This document shows positions 36,723-46,923 of a stretch of 64,000 nucleotides of DNA, one piece after another. Position 1 is the first letter of the stretch, and each line of letters starts with the position of its first letter. The notes beneath the pieces are model-generated. The model did no database searches. It was not told the origin of the DNA and saw only the letters and a program-made list of their open reading frames with translations. Source of the DNA: an uncultured Spirochaetales bacterium. GTDB taxonomy: Bacteria; Spirochaetota; Spirochaetia; SPDA01; CAZSGZ01. The DNA is taken from contig CAYTSI010000005.1 in NCBI GenBank assembly GCA_964440465.1, positions 151 through 64,150 on the forward strand. The letters run 5' to 3'. The translations under genes and the position numbers were made by a program.

Positions 36723-37592
36723 TCAGTTTTTACATCGGGCGGTCTGCCGTTTAAAAACAATGTCCCCGAGGGTGACTCCAAGTTCCCGGGCCACGCAGAC
36801 GCATTTCGTCCTCAAAAGAAAGTAGATATTTGCTTCGAGTTCGGAGAGGGTTTCAAAGTTTGCATGCCCCTTGCTGATGATGATATCGGCACTGGAAAAG
36901 CAGTTTTTGAATTCATCGGAAGTGTGGTCCCAATGAACACCCAGATGCCCCGATCCGGTCCCGATAACCTTGACAATATCGGTCAGTCCGGCGAATTCGG
37001 CGTCTTCCATGGTTACATCGTTGATAATCGGGGCTGATTTTACAGAATATGTCAGCTCTGTCCCCAGTTCCAGCAGTTCTTCAACGAAGACCCGGTCAAA
37101 AATGATTTCTCCCGAGTTGTCTCCAATGTAAAGGACCTTTGCGCCCGGCCCGATGTCTTCGCGGAATTGTTCAATATCGTCAATTGCAAAGGTCTGTTCC
37201 GCAATCGGCAGTACGTCACGCTCGACTTTCAGGTCCGGATTAATTCCGAAATCGATAATATTTCCCGCCACGGCCATGTGGACCGCGCTGCGTAACGGGT
37301 CATCCGAGGTAAACACCAGTTTTTCCAGCGTCGGCAGCAGGTCCTTCGCCTGTCTGTTAGTCTCTGCTTTCATGCTTTTATACGGATCGGCTTCTCCGGT
37401 AACCTCCGTAACAATATCGTACACGTGCTGCGAAACTGCCGCCGGGGTGTCCCGGTCTAACACCATTTCTTTTACGCGATCGGCAAGCCGCCGGATAACT
37501 TCTTCCCATTCATCCGGATTATTCGACGCTATTTTTGATGTACGTATCGCCTGGCCGAAAATACAGGAGAGGCATTCAGGATATGCTTTCAT
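36723..37592 (-). CDS. DUF89 (ARMT1-like) metal-dependent phosphatase/carbohydrate damage-control family protein.
   Basis: The overall DUF89 pattern is present, including the conserved Cys near the N-terminus (CLSCIF) and a DNSGE motif. Confidence 0.6.
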   Translation of the reverse strand: MKAYPECLSCIFGQAIRTSKIASNNPDEWEEVIRRLADRVKEMVLDRDTPAAVSQHVYDIVTEVTGEADPYKSMKAETNRQAKDLLPTLEKLVFTSDDPLRSAVHMAVAGNIIDFGINPDLKVERDVLPIAEQTFAIDDIEQFREDIGPGAKVLYIGDNSGEIIFDRVFVEELLELGTELTYSVKSAPIINDVTMEDAEFAGLTDIVKVIGTGSGHLGVHWDHTSDEFKNCFSSADIIISKGHANFETLSELEANIYFLLRTKCVCVARELGVTLGDIVFKRQTARCKN

Positions 37593-37693
37593 GCTGTTTC
37601 ATACCATGCCTCGGTGTCTTGTGCAAGAGCGGCTCGTTTAAAAGATTTGCCGGAATGATTGTATTTCGGCACAAATTTGCGTACTTTTATGAT

Positions 37694-40273
37694 ATGAAAA
37701 ACAGGCAAGGACGAATATGGACTGCGGTTGTCGTTTCAACATTGTTTCTCGGCTCATGTTCCTCAATGGCCGGGAGGTATATCGGGTATAGGCTGAATCC
37801 CGATACCGTACAAACAACAGGAACGATAGAAGTTGATGTCGAAGCTGACCTGCAGCAGCCGGTAACAGTATACCTGGACGATTACGCGGTGCCCCACATC
37901 CAGGCTGACAGCGAGTACGATCTCTATTTTGCCCTCGGCTATATGCAGGGGCGGGACAGGCGGTTTCAGCTCGAGATGTTCAAGATGCTTGCATACGGCA
38001 GGCTGCGGGAGTTAGTCGGCGACCGGGACAAAACGGGGATCCTTAAGCAGACTGAAATGATGAGCAGGATGCTCGGTTTTTATAAAGATGCTGAGTATCT
38101 TCTGCGGGAGGCCTCGGAAGAGGATGCGCGGCTGCTCGAGGCATTTTCGGCAGGCATCAACGAGGCGACCCGGCTCGAACCTCGGCCCATGGAATTCCGG
38201 GTGCTGGATTATCAGCCGGAGGAGTGGAAGCCGGAAGATTCGATGGTTATTTTTGCAATGATTTCCTTCGGTTTATGTAAAAACTGGGAACACGAATTGA
38301 GCAGGCTGGAACTGATAGTGCATCAGCTCAGAATCGGCCAAAGTATTGATCGAAGCTTACAGATATATAAACCCGTTTATGAATTACCGCCGTATCTTAT
38401 CAGTGACGGGGCTGCCAATACCTACTCACCAAACGGGAGCGGATACCGCTCTCCTGCCGACGGCGGCGTTTCTCTTATTTCCCCGGAGCTTGTCAGTTAT
38501 TTAGAAGCGTTTGTTGAAGATTATCCCGAACCGGACATGGAAAACCCGGCCGAAGATGCCGGACTTGTCTACAGAGGGATGGATAACTGGTACCGCGGCA
38601 ACAGCGCAAGCAACAACTGGGCGGTTGACGGCAGCTGGACCGGCACCGGCAAAGCGGCGCTGGCAACGGATTCACATATGCCGCATATGCTGCCGTCGAT
38701 GGGATATCTTTTTCACCTGGAAAAAGAGGGTGCATATTCGGCAATCGGGGCGGGCTTTACCGGCCTGCCCGCGGTCCCATTCGGGACAAACGGTAACGTT
38801 GCGTGGGGTGCGACTTCGAACTGGGCGGACGTAACGGACCTGTTTGTTGAAAAACCCGTATCGGGCGATCCGGATTTTTACTATTTTGAAGGGGAAGCTG
38901 TCCCGTTCGAAAAGCGGGTCGAGACATTTAAAATTCGCCGTGACGACGGCAGTTTTACGGAAGAAACCTATACGGTAAGGGAGTCGCGTCACGGGGTTAT
39001 CCTCAACGATTTTATAGAACGGATTGGCGGCGATTTTCCTCTTTTGGCACTGCGAAGAAACCGCATATTGGGAGAGCCCCTCAGTGCTCTCCGGCGGGCT
39101 TATAACGCTTATAATGTGGATGATGCGAGAGGGGCCTTTGAGGATTTCTATGGTTTTACCGGACACTGGGCCCTGGCGGATGTAAACGGGGACATAGGCT
39201 ATGTTGGAAGTGTCAGGCTGCCGCGGCGGCAGTTTCATCCGGGGACTCTCCCGGTACCGGGATGGATTGATCGGTATGAATGGAAGGAATATGTAGGGAC
39301 GGAGGAACTTCCGTTTATCAAAAACCCGCCGGCGGGACACCTCGGCACTGCAAATAATCAGGTCGTCGACCCTGAGTCAGTTTCATATCCGTTAAACCTG
39401 GACGGCTCTACGCCATTTCGCTATCAGCGAATAAAGGAAGTATTGGATAAAGGCAGCGAGGGCAGGGAAATATCGGAGATTATGTCGGAATTACAGATGG
39501 ACGACAAATTTATGGGCTGGGAGCTTCTCCGTTCCCGCTTTGGGGCCTTTCTAACCCCATTGTTACATGATGCTGATCCGCTTGTTGCTGATGCTTCCGC
39601 GATATTGCTGGAGTGGGACGGTCGGAATATTGATACGAGTACCGGGCCGACGATTTTTAATATTTTCCAGATCCAGGCATTCATTGCGGCCCTCGAGGAT
39701 GAGGTAAGTCCGAAAACGCTTCATTTCTACCTTTCCTTTTATAATATGGAGCCGCTTGTTTACGATCTTCTCGGTGATCCTGAAAATCCGGCCTGGGATG
39801 ATATCCGGACGTCCGGAAGGGAAACCTATGAAGAGGTCCTCGATGAGGCTTTCCGGAAGACTGTTTCCATGTGTGCCGATCTATATGGGGAAAAGGTTGA
39901 AAAATGGAGATGGGACCGGGGAGCGACCTTTATTTTAGAACACCCCTTCGGGACGGAAAAGGCCCTTGCCGGCTTTTTAAACAGGGGCCCCCTGCCGCTC
40001 CGCGGTGCTACCGACACACTGTTTGCACATCAAATCCAGAGGAGTGAAATCGACCACTTCGATATCAAAGGCGGTCCGGTTCTTCGTGTAGTCGTCGATT
40101 TTGGTGATCTTGAGCGTTCTTTTATGAGTTTACCAGGTGGTCAGTCGGGACGTCCTGTATCCGGCCACTATGACGATATACTTCCGCTGTATGTGAAAGG
40201 GAAGGGAATACCGATGTTAACCGATTTTTACCGGCTTGACTCCAACGCGAAGGGGCGGATAATTCTTTATTAG
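37694..40273 (+). CDS. Penicillin-acylase-family (Ntn-hydrolase S45) lipoprotein, possibly an acyl-homoserine-lactone or beta-lactam acylase.
   Basis: A lipobox signal (LFLGSC) is present. The SNNWAV motif is the autoproteolytic N-terminal Ser nucleophile of the beta-subunit. The size is about 860 aa. Confidence 0.8.
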   Translation: MKNRQGRIWTAVVVSTLFLGSCSSMAGRYIGYRLNPDTVQTTGTIEVDVEADLQQPVTVYLDDYAVPHIQADSEYDLYFALGYMQGRDRRFQLEMFKMLAYGRLRELVGDRDKTGILKQTEMMSRMLGFYKDAEYLLREASEEDARLLEAFSAGINEATRLEPRPMEFRVLDYQPEEWKPEDSMVIFAMISFGLCKNWEHELSRLELIVHQLRIGQSIDRSLQIYKPVYELPPYLISDGAANTYSPNGSGYRSPADGGVSLISPELVSYLEAFVEDYPEPDMENPAEDAGLVYRGMDNWYRGNSASNNWAVDGSWTGTGKAALATDSHMPHMLPSMGYLFHLEKEGAYSAIGAGFTGLPAVPFGTNGNVAWGATSNWADVTDLFVEKPVSGDPDFYYFEGEAVPFEKRVETFKIRRDDGSFTEETYTVRESRHGVILNDFIERIGGDFPLLALRRNRILGEPLSALRRAYNAYNVDDARGAFEDFYGFTGHWALADVNGDIGYVGSVRLPRRQFHPGTLPVPGWIDRYEWKEYVGTEELPFIKNPPAGHLGTANNQVVDPESVSYPLNLDGSTPFRYQRIKEVLDKGSEGREISEIMSELQMDDKFMGWELLRSRFGAFLTPLLHDADPLVADASAILLEWDGRNIDTSTGPTIFNIFQIQAFIAALEDEVSPKTLHFYLSFYNMEPLVYDLLGDPENPAWDDIRTSGRETYEEVLDEAFRKTVSMCADLYGEKVEKWRWDRGATFILEHPFGTEKALAGFLNRGPLPLRGATDTLFAHQIQRSEIDHFDIKGGPVLRVVVDFGDLERSFMSLPGGQSGRPVSGHYDDILPLYVKGKGIPMLTDFYRLDSNAKGRIILY

Positions 40274-40433
40274 TGCCGTTTAACAAGTGCCGTTTAACAA
40301 GGGACCGCTTGCCGATACTATTTTTTCAGGAAGCCCTAAGTACAGAAATGAAAAGATATCTCTATTAATTTTCAAAAGGACCTGAAAGTTTTTATGTGGA
40401 AGTCAATACCGTTGTACTAGTTGTACTATATGT

Positions 40434-40472
40434 GCAAGAGAAACAAGGCAATGCAATTGCCTTGTTTCTCTT
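40434..40472. repeat. Perfect 18-bp inverted repeat with a 3-nt loop (caagagaaacaaggcaat-gca-attgccttgtttctcttg).
   Basis: Read directly. It lies just downstream of the minus-strand lipoprotein gene and is not followed by a U-tract on either strand. Confidence 0.8.
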
Positions 40473-40478
40473 GAGATA

Positions 40479-40760
40479 TTATTCGCCTGTTATAATAGTA
40501 GTTATTTTATACCCGACGAAAAACCAGTTGTATTCTATATCAACAGTACCAATCTTGGAGATACCTCCATTTTGGGCGGCTTTTCTAAGTCCGGCATCAC
40601 CGGTTGCTGGGAAAAACAGAATACTCGTCATTTCCGATCGTCCAACTTTTGATCCCACTTTGCCACTGGCGCCGGCATCAAATGGCCTTACATTAACACA
40701 AGATCCAAGTAATGCAATAATGAACACCACAGTAATAGCTAACATTACCCCTTTTTTCAT
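40479..40760 (-). CDS. Small lipoprotein, hypothetical, in a low-GC islet.
   Basis: MKKGVMLAITVVFIIALLGSC has a lipobox. Local GC is about 38%, against about 55% for the surroundings. Confidence 0.4.
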   Translation of the reverse strand: MKKGVMLAITVVFIIALLGSCVNVRPFDAGASGKVGSKVGRSEMTSILFFPATGDAGLRKAAQNGGISKIGTVDIEYNWFFVGYKITTIITGE

Positions 40761-40914
40761 GAAAATACTCCTTAGGCTAAGTTTTTTTATGCAGTTTGTA
40801 TGATATAATATTAATAAAATCATGTCAATCTGTTTTTTTTCGAACTTTTTGCGAGATTATCCAAATTTCTTTGATATTTTCTAGGCTGCTTTATACCATT
40901 TAACCTGGGTAAGC

Positions 40915-41283
40915 TTACTCGATTGGATATAACTTGTAATAGTGTTCTTCTTGGGGGCCGTAAACCCATAAAAGAGGCCACGGAGCAAAGAAGAATGGAA
41001 TACTAGCAATAATAGCCCCTGCCTTTATCTCTTTTTCCAATTGAGCAGAAACTTCTTGGTATCCTTGTTTTTTTATTTTTACGTTGTAGGTGTTGCCAGC
41101 AAAATCACTCAATTCCGTTTTCACCGGAGTAGCTCCGACGTACCTATGATTAATGAATACATCGGATCCTTTCGGTTCACTATCAATCGAAACAACTGTT
41201 GTGCAACTTATTAGCGTAGCAATTAAAATAATAGATGTAATATTCTTGACGAAAATCATAAGCCTTTTAAAATTATAATACAT
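40915..41283 (-). CDS. PEGA-domain lipoprotein.
   Basis: The lipobox is LISC. VFINHRYVGATPVKTEL is PEGA-like. Confidence 0.45.
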   Translation of the reverse strand: MYYNFKRLMIFVKNITSIILIATLISCTTVVSIDSEPKGSDVFINHRYVGATPVKTELSDFAGNTYNVKIKKQGYQEVSAQLEKEIKAGAIIASIPFFFAPWPLLWVYGPQEEHYYKLYPIE

Positions 41284-41289
41284 GGCTGC

Positions 41290-42864
41290 CTACTCCGGCG
41301 GCATGGTGGTGAGGGTTAGAAACGCCTCTCCAACTTTTACGTCGGTGCTGCCCGTCTCGCTCTGCTTTTTTCGCAGTCCCCGTGTTTGAGCGACAACCGC
41401 CTTCGCGTCTCCAAACACTTCGTAACGCTCGCCGTCAATGTAATCGATAATGACGTTTGCCGGCGGCGGTTCCTTTGAGAAGGCCGTTACCATGAGATGT
41501 TCGACGCCGTACGGCGGGACAACTTCAAATTCGTACGAGTATTTCACTACCCGGTTAACCATATCCATGCCGATATAAAAGGATTCTTCTAAAAGCACCT
41601 TTTCTCCGGTTGCCAAATCGTAGGTAAGCTGGAGGAACGCCGGCTGGTTGACCTTGAAATAGAGCTGTAGAGATTCTCCGCCTGTAAAAACGAGAACATC
41701 TCCATTTCTGCCTCTGTTTGTCCATATGTCTACCTTCAGTCCCCCGTCGGTAAAGGCGCCGTCGGCTATGGCATACTGTGTTTTCAGTGCTTCTTCGGCG
41801 TTTTGCGGTTTTATGTCATATCCCCCGGGGGCGGAGGAAACCGGAAACTCGGCAAAACCGCTGCCGAGGCTTTGCCCCGTCTCGACCGACCTCGCGACGA
41901 CCATCAGTTCAATGGAATCGCCTTTTTCCCAGTATGTGCCCCGCACTGCAATTTTGCTCTGTCCCCGTGTAAGCCGGGTATTGACGAGATTTTCAAGTTT
42001 CCGTGAAGCATAATTGCCGAAAGCGCTGGTAAAGTCGGAGTTCTGATACAAAAGAGGCGGGACTTGAAAGGAGCCGCCTTGTACCTGCTGCGTGGCGAGC
42101 ATAACGACGATTTTGTCCAGCGCGGCGTCGAGGTCGGGGACAGAGCCTTTCTGCAGGGTGGTTATTTTATTTCTAATCTCACCTTCTAAGCGGAAAAAGG
42201 TGTCCGCGTTGGTAATCCCGCCGACATTTCCCGCGGGGAAAAAACCGCTTTCGTAGCTCCCTTCCGCTAAGACATTGAAAATTGACCGGTTTTCGAGTAC
42301 ATCGGAAAAATACGGCAGTATGCCGATATATATGTCGATGGCGGACCCGATATCTCCCGCGCGTTCGGCATTTTCCGCCCGGTTTTTCCCCTGGACGATC
42401 TTTTGAAGCGCCTCCGTCCCTCTGCTCAGGAACGTATTCCGAAGCGGCCCCTTCGCGGCGTAGGCGAGGGCGTAGTGATGCTTCCAGTCGCCTGCAATTT
42501 CAAAGTCGATGTTGGTCAGTTTCATATTGCTGATGCTCCTGCTGACCATGGATACACTGGAGGACGCCGTCCCGCCGCTATCGGCCGTCGACGTGGTAAT
42601 GGTACTGGAAACCTGTACCCTGATTTTACGAATTAAATCGTCTAACGCGCCGGTTTTCGCGGCTTCCAGGGACTCGGCATCATCCGCTCCCCGCTCAGCC
42701 ATCCCGAATCCGGTAATGTGCCGCGTATCGGAGTAGGGTGATTGTAAGCCGTACTCCCGCGCCCATTCCGGCAGGCTTTGAGCGCCGGCAGGTCCGGGAA
42801 CTAGTACCGCCGCAAAGAGAAAAAGCGGCAGCGCGGCATGGAGTGTCACTTTTTTCATCATCAC
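41290..42864 (-). CDS. Secreted protein with an N-terminal LPP20-like domain and a C-terminal DUF4384-like domain.
   Basis: It has a signal peptide, an ITGFGMAERGADDAESLEAAKTGALDDL LPP20-like segment, and a C-terminal beta-rich domain. The annotation is tentative. Confidence 0.45.
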   Translation of the reverse strand: MMMKKVTLHAALPLFLFAAVLVPGPAGAQSLPEWAREYGLQSPYSDTRHITGFGMAERGADDAESLEAAKTGALDDLIRKIRVQVSSTITTSTADSGGTASSSVSMVSRSISNMKLTNIDFEIAGDWKHHYALAYAAKGPLRNTFLSRGTEALQKIVQGKNRAENAERAGDIGSAIDIYIGILPYFSDVLENRSIFNVLAEGSYESGFFPAGNVGGITNADTFFRLEGEIRNKITTLQKGSVPDLDAALDKIVVMLATQQVQGGSFQVPPLLYQNSDFTSAFGNYASRKLENLVNTRLTRGQSKIAVRGTYWEKGDSIELMVVARSVETGQSLGSGFAEFPVSSAPGGYDIKPQNAEEALKTQYAIADGAFTDGGLKVDIWTNRGRNGDVLVFTGGESLQLYFKVNQPAFLQLTYDLATGEKVLLEESFYIGMDMVNRVVKYSYEFEVVPPYGVEHLMVTAFSKEPPPANVIIDYIDGERYEVFGDAKAVVAQTRGLRKKQSETGSTDVKVGEAFLTLTTMPPE

Positions 42865-42909
42865 CTCCTGTAGATAGTATAGCGCTTTTTTTCCGGAAAA
42901 CCAGGCCCC

Positions 42910-43671
42910 CTATACTCCTCGAACTTCGCAGTTGATGCCCGTTTCTCGGACGATTTCAGCCGCGCGGCGCAGTTCAGTCCCGAAATAGGGACAGAGCTCG
43001 CTGAACGCGGGGTCGAGGGTCGTGCCGGGCCTGAATTGCGTCAGAATGTACCTGCCCGCGCTTTGCGGGTCCCGGGCCGCCGAAGTATAAGCCGATTTCA
43101 GGAGTTCCGCTATTGCTGCCGCCTCCTCCGTCCCCGCTATACCCGGGGCCATGGTGGTGCGGAATTCGTGGCGCACCCCGGAAGAGATGATGATTTCAAT
43201 GCTTTGCCGCAGGGCGTTTTCCACAGTGTCGACAGCCGCGGATGCCGGAGGGACAGAGCTGCTGAGAAGGCCGTATTTCTCCGGGACCGTTTTGATGTCC
43301 ATGGCAATATAGTCGGTCCGTGCAAGCAGCGGACGAAGCAGGCGGGGAAAGCAGCCGTTCGTGTCGAGTTTTACTTTTAAACCGAGGTTTTTACAGAAAT
43401 CGATAAACCCTATCAGGTCCGTATGCAGAAGCGGTTCGCCGCCGGTAACGCAGACCCCCCCGAGGACGGAAGCGCGTTTTGCTACAAACCGCCGCACCTC
43501 TTCAATCGGCAGCAGGTCATCCGGAAACGGCGGTATAACGAGCTCGGGATTGTGGCAGTAGGGGCAGCGGAGGTTGCAGCCCGGTGTAAACACCGTGGCC
43601 GCAACCTCTCCCGGAAAGTCGATTAAGGTCGTTTTAACCAGCCCTGCCCTGGTAAGCGTCATGGCCGGCAC
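42910..43671 (-). CDS. nrdG: Anaerobic ribonucleoside-triphosphate reductase activating protein (radical SAM).
   Basis: CNLRCPYCHN is the radical-SAM CxxxCxxC motif. The size and operon context fit NrdG. Confidence 0.85.
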   Translation of the reverse strand: MPAMTLTRAGLVKTTLIDFPGEVAATVFTPGCNLRCPYCHNPELVIPPFPDDLLPIEEVRRFVAKRASVLGGVCVTGGEPLLHTDLIGFIDFCKNLGLKVKLDTNGCFPRLLRPLLARTDYIAMDIKTVPEKYGLLSSSVPPASAAVDTVENALRQSIEIIISSGVRHEFRTTMAPGIAGTEEAAAIAELLKSAYTSAARDPQSAGRYILTQFRPGTTLDPAFSELCPYFGTELRRAAEIVRETGINCEVRGV

Positions 43672-43691
43672 ACTAACCGGAGAAAACGACC

Positions 43692-44228
43692 CTAGGAGAC
43701 GCCGGCTTCCGCAAGTGAAAACACCTGCTCCATGGTTTCGGTGTTATTCGCCCGAAACACCTCGTGATCCTGGACGTCGAAAAAGATCACCGTTGGAGAG
43801 GCAAGTACCTGATGCTCTATCGCCGAATCCATTCCTTCGGGGGTATCAACATCGACGGAACTGCCGGGCATGGAAAGCTTGTTTACATATTCTTTAACCG
43901 GAGGACAATTCGGGCATGTGCCGCGGTAAAAAAACGTATAGGAAGCGGCCGATTCCGCGATGTCCCGGGGAGGGGACCCGCCGGTGCCCATCTCTTTTCC
44001 CGCGAATTCCGGCTGCCTCGAGCCGTGTTTTATCATGTTTTTCGGTTCCGAAAACAGCTTTCGGTAGTCGTATTCCTCCCGCTTCCCCTTGTTCCAATTT
44101 GCCACGGAACGGTAATATCCGACAATCCGCGTATATACTTCGGTTTTCGTACCGGTCACGCCCCGCAGATGCTGTTGTAATTCGGCTATTTCTTTGTCCA
44201 CCTGTTCAACTGTTCGTGTCGCGTTCAT
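43692..44228 (-). CDS. Stand-alone NrdD C-terminal glycyl-radical domain fused to a thioredoxin-like domain. It overlaps the nrdD stop by ATGA.
   Basis: TRIVGYYRSVANWNKGKREEY matches the class III RNR glycyl-radical loop (RxxGY...WNxGK.E). A downstream CPNCPP motif sits in a Trx-like segment. Confidence 0.6.
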   Translation of the reverse strand: MNATRTVEQVDKEIAELQQHLRGVTGTKTEVYTRIVGYYRSVANWNKGKREEYDYRKLFSEPKNMIKHGSRQPEFAGKEMGTGGSPPRDIAESAASYTFFYRGTCPNCPPVKEYVNKLSMPGSSVDVDTPEGMDSAIEHQVLASPTVIFFDVQDHEVFRANNTETMEQVFSLAEAGVS

Positions 44229-46351
44229 TTCTTCTCTCCCTTCTGTGTTTTAACCAGTTTCTGCTTTTCTGTTTGCAGTTCATCGAGCCGCCGCTGGATT
44301 TTCTCCCGTTCTTCATCGGCGCATTTCGGGCAGGCGAAATGTTCACCGTTTAAATATCCGTGTATCGGGCAGATAGAGAACGTCGGCGAGATGGTAAAAT
44401 AGGGGAGCCTGTAATTCCAGGCAATGGCGCGCACGAGATTTCTGCATGCCTCCCAGTTGTCCACGGCTTCACCCAGAAATCCATGGAATACAGTCCCCCC
44501 TGTATATTTAATTTGAAGCTCGTCCTGATGGTCGAGGGCCTCAAAAATGTCCGAAGTAAAATCGACGGGCATCTGCGTCGAATTGGTGTAGAAGGGCTCC
44601 TGAACGCCGCTGGTAATAATGTCCGGATACCGCTCTCTGTCGTGTTTTGCCAGCCTGTAGGAGGTGCTCTCCGCGGGTGTTGCCTCAAGATTGAACAGGT
44701 CTCCCGTGTCTTCCTGCAGGTCCGCAAGGTGCCGCCGCATGTAGTCGAGAATTTCCAGAGCAAATTCGCGGCCTGTTTCGGTGGTCATGTCCTCTCCTGA
44801 AAAATTAAGAGTGCATTCGTTCATCCCCACGATGCCGATAGTCGAAAAGTGGTTGTCCAGGTGTTTCAGGTACCGTTTGGTATATGGAAACAGTCCGGCT
44901 TCCATCAGCCTGTTGATTACCTTCCGTTTAATAGTGAGGGACTCCGCGGCGGTGTCCATCAGTTCGGTAAGCCGGTGGAAGAAATCCACTTTCGTGTTCG
45001 AAAGATATCCGATTCTCGGAAGGTTGATGGTTACCACCCCGATAGACCCGGTAAACTCGTCGGAACCGAAGAGGCCGCCCCCCCGTTTCCGGAGTTCCCG
45101 CTTGTCCAGCTGCAGCCGGCAGCACATGGAGCGGACATCCCCGGGATTCAGGTCGCTGTTGACGAAATTCTGAAAGTAGGGTGTTCCGTACTTCGAGGTC
45201 ATTTCAAACAGCAGTTTCGCGTTTTCCGAATCCCAGTTGAAATCGTCGGTAATGTTGTAGGTGGGTATAGGATATTGAAACCCCCGGCCGTTGGCGTCAC
45301 CGTCAATCATAAGATGAATGAAAGCCTTGTTGATGAGGTCCATCTCCCGCTGACAGTCGCCGTAGGTAAAGTCAAGATCTTCACCCCCCACAATTGCCGG
45401 CCGTTCCTGCAGGTCGGAAGGAACATTCCAGTCCAGGGTAATGTTGGTGAACGGCGCCTGACTTCCCCAGCGGGACGGTGTATTAACACCGAAAATAAAA
45501 CTCTGGATTGCCTGTTTTACCTGTTCGAAGCTTAAATCATCAATTTTTACAAAGGGGGCCAAGTAGGTGTCGAAACTCGAAAGCGCCTGCGCGCCGGCCC
45601 ATTCGTTCTGCATAATCCCTAAAAAATTGACAATCTGCTGAATTAAGGTGTTTAAGTGCTTTGCCGGTTTCGACGTAATTTTATCGGGAACGCCGCCTAA
45701 GCCTTCCATAATCAGCTGACGCAGGGACCAGCCGGCGCAGTAGCCGGAAAACATTGACAGATCGTGGATATGAAAATCGGCATTCTGATGGGCCATGGAA
45801 ACGTCCTCGGGATAGATGTTTTTAAGCCAGTAATTTGCCGTGATGGTACCCGAATTGTGAAGGACCAGCCCGCCTAATGAAAAATTAACGTTGGCGTTTT
45901 CGTTTACCCGCCAGTCGGACTGGCTTAAGTATCCGTCCATGGTTGAGCTGATGTCCAGTGTCAGCTTTCTGGTGTCCCTTATTATCTCATGTTTGGCCCG
46001 GTAGATAATATAGGCTTTTGCAATATCGAACTGCTTCCTTTCCATCAGGACCGTTTCCACTAAGTCCTGTATCTCCTCTATTGCCGGTACCGAGTTCGGA
46101 TGCCGTGCGGACATTACCTTCCGCATCCGTTCCTCCACCTGACTTGTAAGCTCCTCTACAAAGTCGAGGTCTTCCTCTCCCCGGACTGCCCGGACCGCTT
46201 TCCCGACGGCCCCGGCAATTTTCCATCGGTCATACTTTTCCAATTTCCCGTTTCTTTTAATAACCTGCCGTATCACTGCCCCTGCAGCCGGCTTCTCGGA
46301 ACTCTCTATGCCGAGAAACTCCTCCCAATAGCTGCGTCCTGTATGCTCCAA
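44225..46351 (-). CDS. nrdD: Anaerobic ribonucleoside-triphosphate reductase large protein (class III RNR). It has an ATP-cone and a C-terminal Zn ribbon but lacks the glycyl-radical loop.
   Basis: The N-terminal ATP-cone is VIKRNGKLEKYDRWKI. The NrdD core is present. The C-terminus is CPIHGY...CPKC followed by a K/E-rich tail with no RxxGY motif. Confidence 0.8.
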   Translation of the reverse strand: MEHTGRSYWEEFLGIESSEKPAAGAVIRQVIKRNGKLEKYDRWKIAGAVGKAVRAVRGEEDLDFVEELTSQVEERMRKVMSARHPNSVPAIEEIQDLVETVLMERKQFDIAKAYIIYRAKHEIIRDTRKLTLDISSTMDGYLSQSDWRVNENANVNFSLGGLVLHNSGTITANYWLKNIYPEDVSMAHQNADFHIHDLSMFSGYCAGWSLRQLIMEGLGGVPDKITSKPAKHLNTLIQQIVNFLGIMQNEWAGAQALSSFDTYLAPFVKIDDLSFEQVKQAIQSFIFGVNTPSRWGSQAPFTNITLDWNVPSDLQERPAIVGGEDLDFTYGDCQREMDLINKAFIHLMIDGDANGRGFQYPIPTYNITDDFNWDSENAKLLFEMTSKYGTPYFQNFVNSDLNPGDVRSMCCRLQLDKRELRKRGGGLFGSDEFTGSIGVVTINLPRIGYLSNTKVDFFHRLTELMDTAAESLTIKRKVINRLMEAGLFPYTKRYLKHLDNHFSTIGIVGMNECTLNFSGEDMTTETGREFALEILDYMRRHLADLQEDTGDLFNLEATPAESTSYRLAKHDRERYPDIITSGVQEPFYTNSTQMPVDFTSDIFEALDHQDELQIKYTGGTVFHGFLGEAVDNWEACRNLVRAIAWNYRLPYFTISPTFSICPIHGYLNGEHFACPKCADEEREKIQRRLDELQTEKQKLVKTQKGEKK

Positions 46352-46367
46352 TTGGTCCCCCTTCCCC

Positions 46368-46835
46368 TCATGACGATTTATTTGACAACTTTCCTATTTC
46401 ATCGATAAATTGATCAACATTTTCAAACATCCGGTATACCGAGGCAAACCGGACATACCCCACCATATCAACGTCGAATAATTTTGAAAGCACCATTTCC
46501 CCTAATTTCCGCGAGGTAATCTCATGGGTGCTTTTTGCCTGCATGGCCGCTTCATCTTCCAATTCGTGAAGCATTTCTTCTACTTTCAGCTGGGGGACCG
46601 GCCGTTTTTCCAGGGAAATTTGAATACCCCGTTCGAGTTTGGTCAAATCGAACTGCTGCCGCCGGCCGTCACGCTTTACAACCATCAGCTTTTTTTCTTC
46701 AATGTGTTCGTAGGATGTGAATCGATACCCGCAGTGCAGACATTCCCTCCGCCGGCGTATGGACGTGCCGCTGGCGTTCTGTCTGGACTCGAGGACCCTG
46801 TCTTCGTGACTTTCACAAAGCGGGCATTTCACAAC
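46368..46835 (-). CDS. nrdR: Transcriptional repressor NrdR. The probable GTG start is near 46832-46835, and the ORF-track start at 46964 is too far upstream.
   Basis: VKCPLCESHEDRVLESR...CLHCGYRF is the NrdR zinc ribbon. It is followed by an ATP-cone (LMVVKRDGRRQQFDLTKL). Confidence 0.8.
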   Translation of the reverse strand, partial: VVKCPLCESHEDRVLESRQNASGTSIRRRRECLHCGYRFTSYEHIEEKKLMVVKRDGRRQQFDLTKLERGIQISLEKRPVPQLKVEEMLHELEDEAAMQAKSTHEITSRKLGEMVLSKLFDVDMVGYVRFASVYRMFENVDQFIDEIGKLSNKSS

Positions 46836-46865
46836 CTTCCCCCAATTAACGCGGCCGCCCAAAAC

Positions 46866-46923
46866 CTCTATATATAGTGGAATTAGCCGCAACAATATCA
46901 CTATATCACACCATATATTGTGT
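46866..46923 (-). promoter_or_regulatory. Two NrdR-box-like palindromes (cCTCTATATATAGTGG at about 46866-46881 and ACACCATATATTGTGT at 46908-46923) upstream of nrdR.
   Basis: Both match the NrdR box consensus acaCwAtATaTwGtgt. They lie just upstream of the proposed nrdR start on the same strand. Confidence 0.55.
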
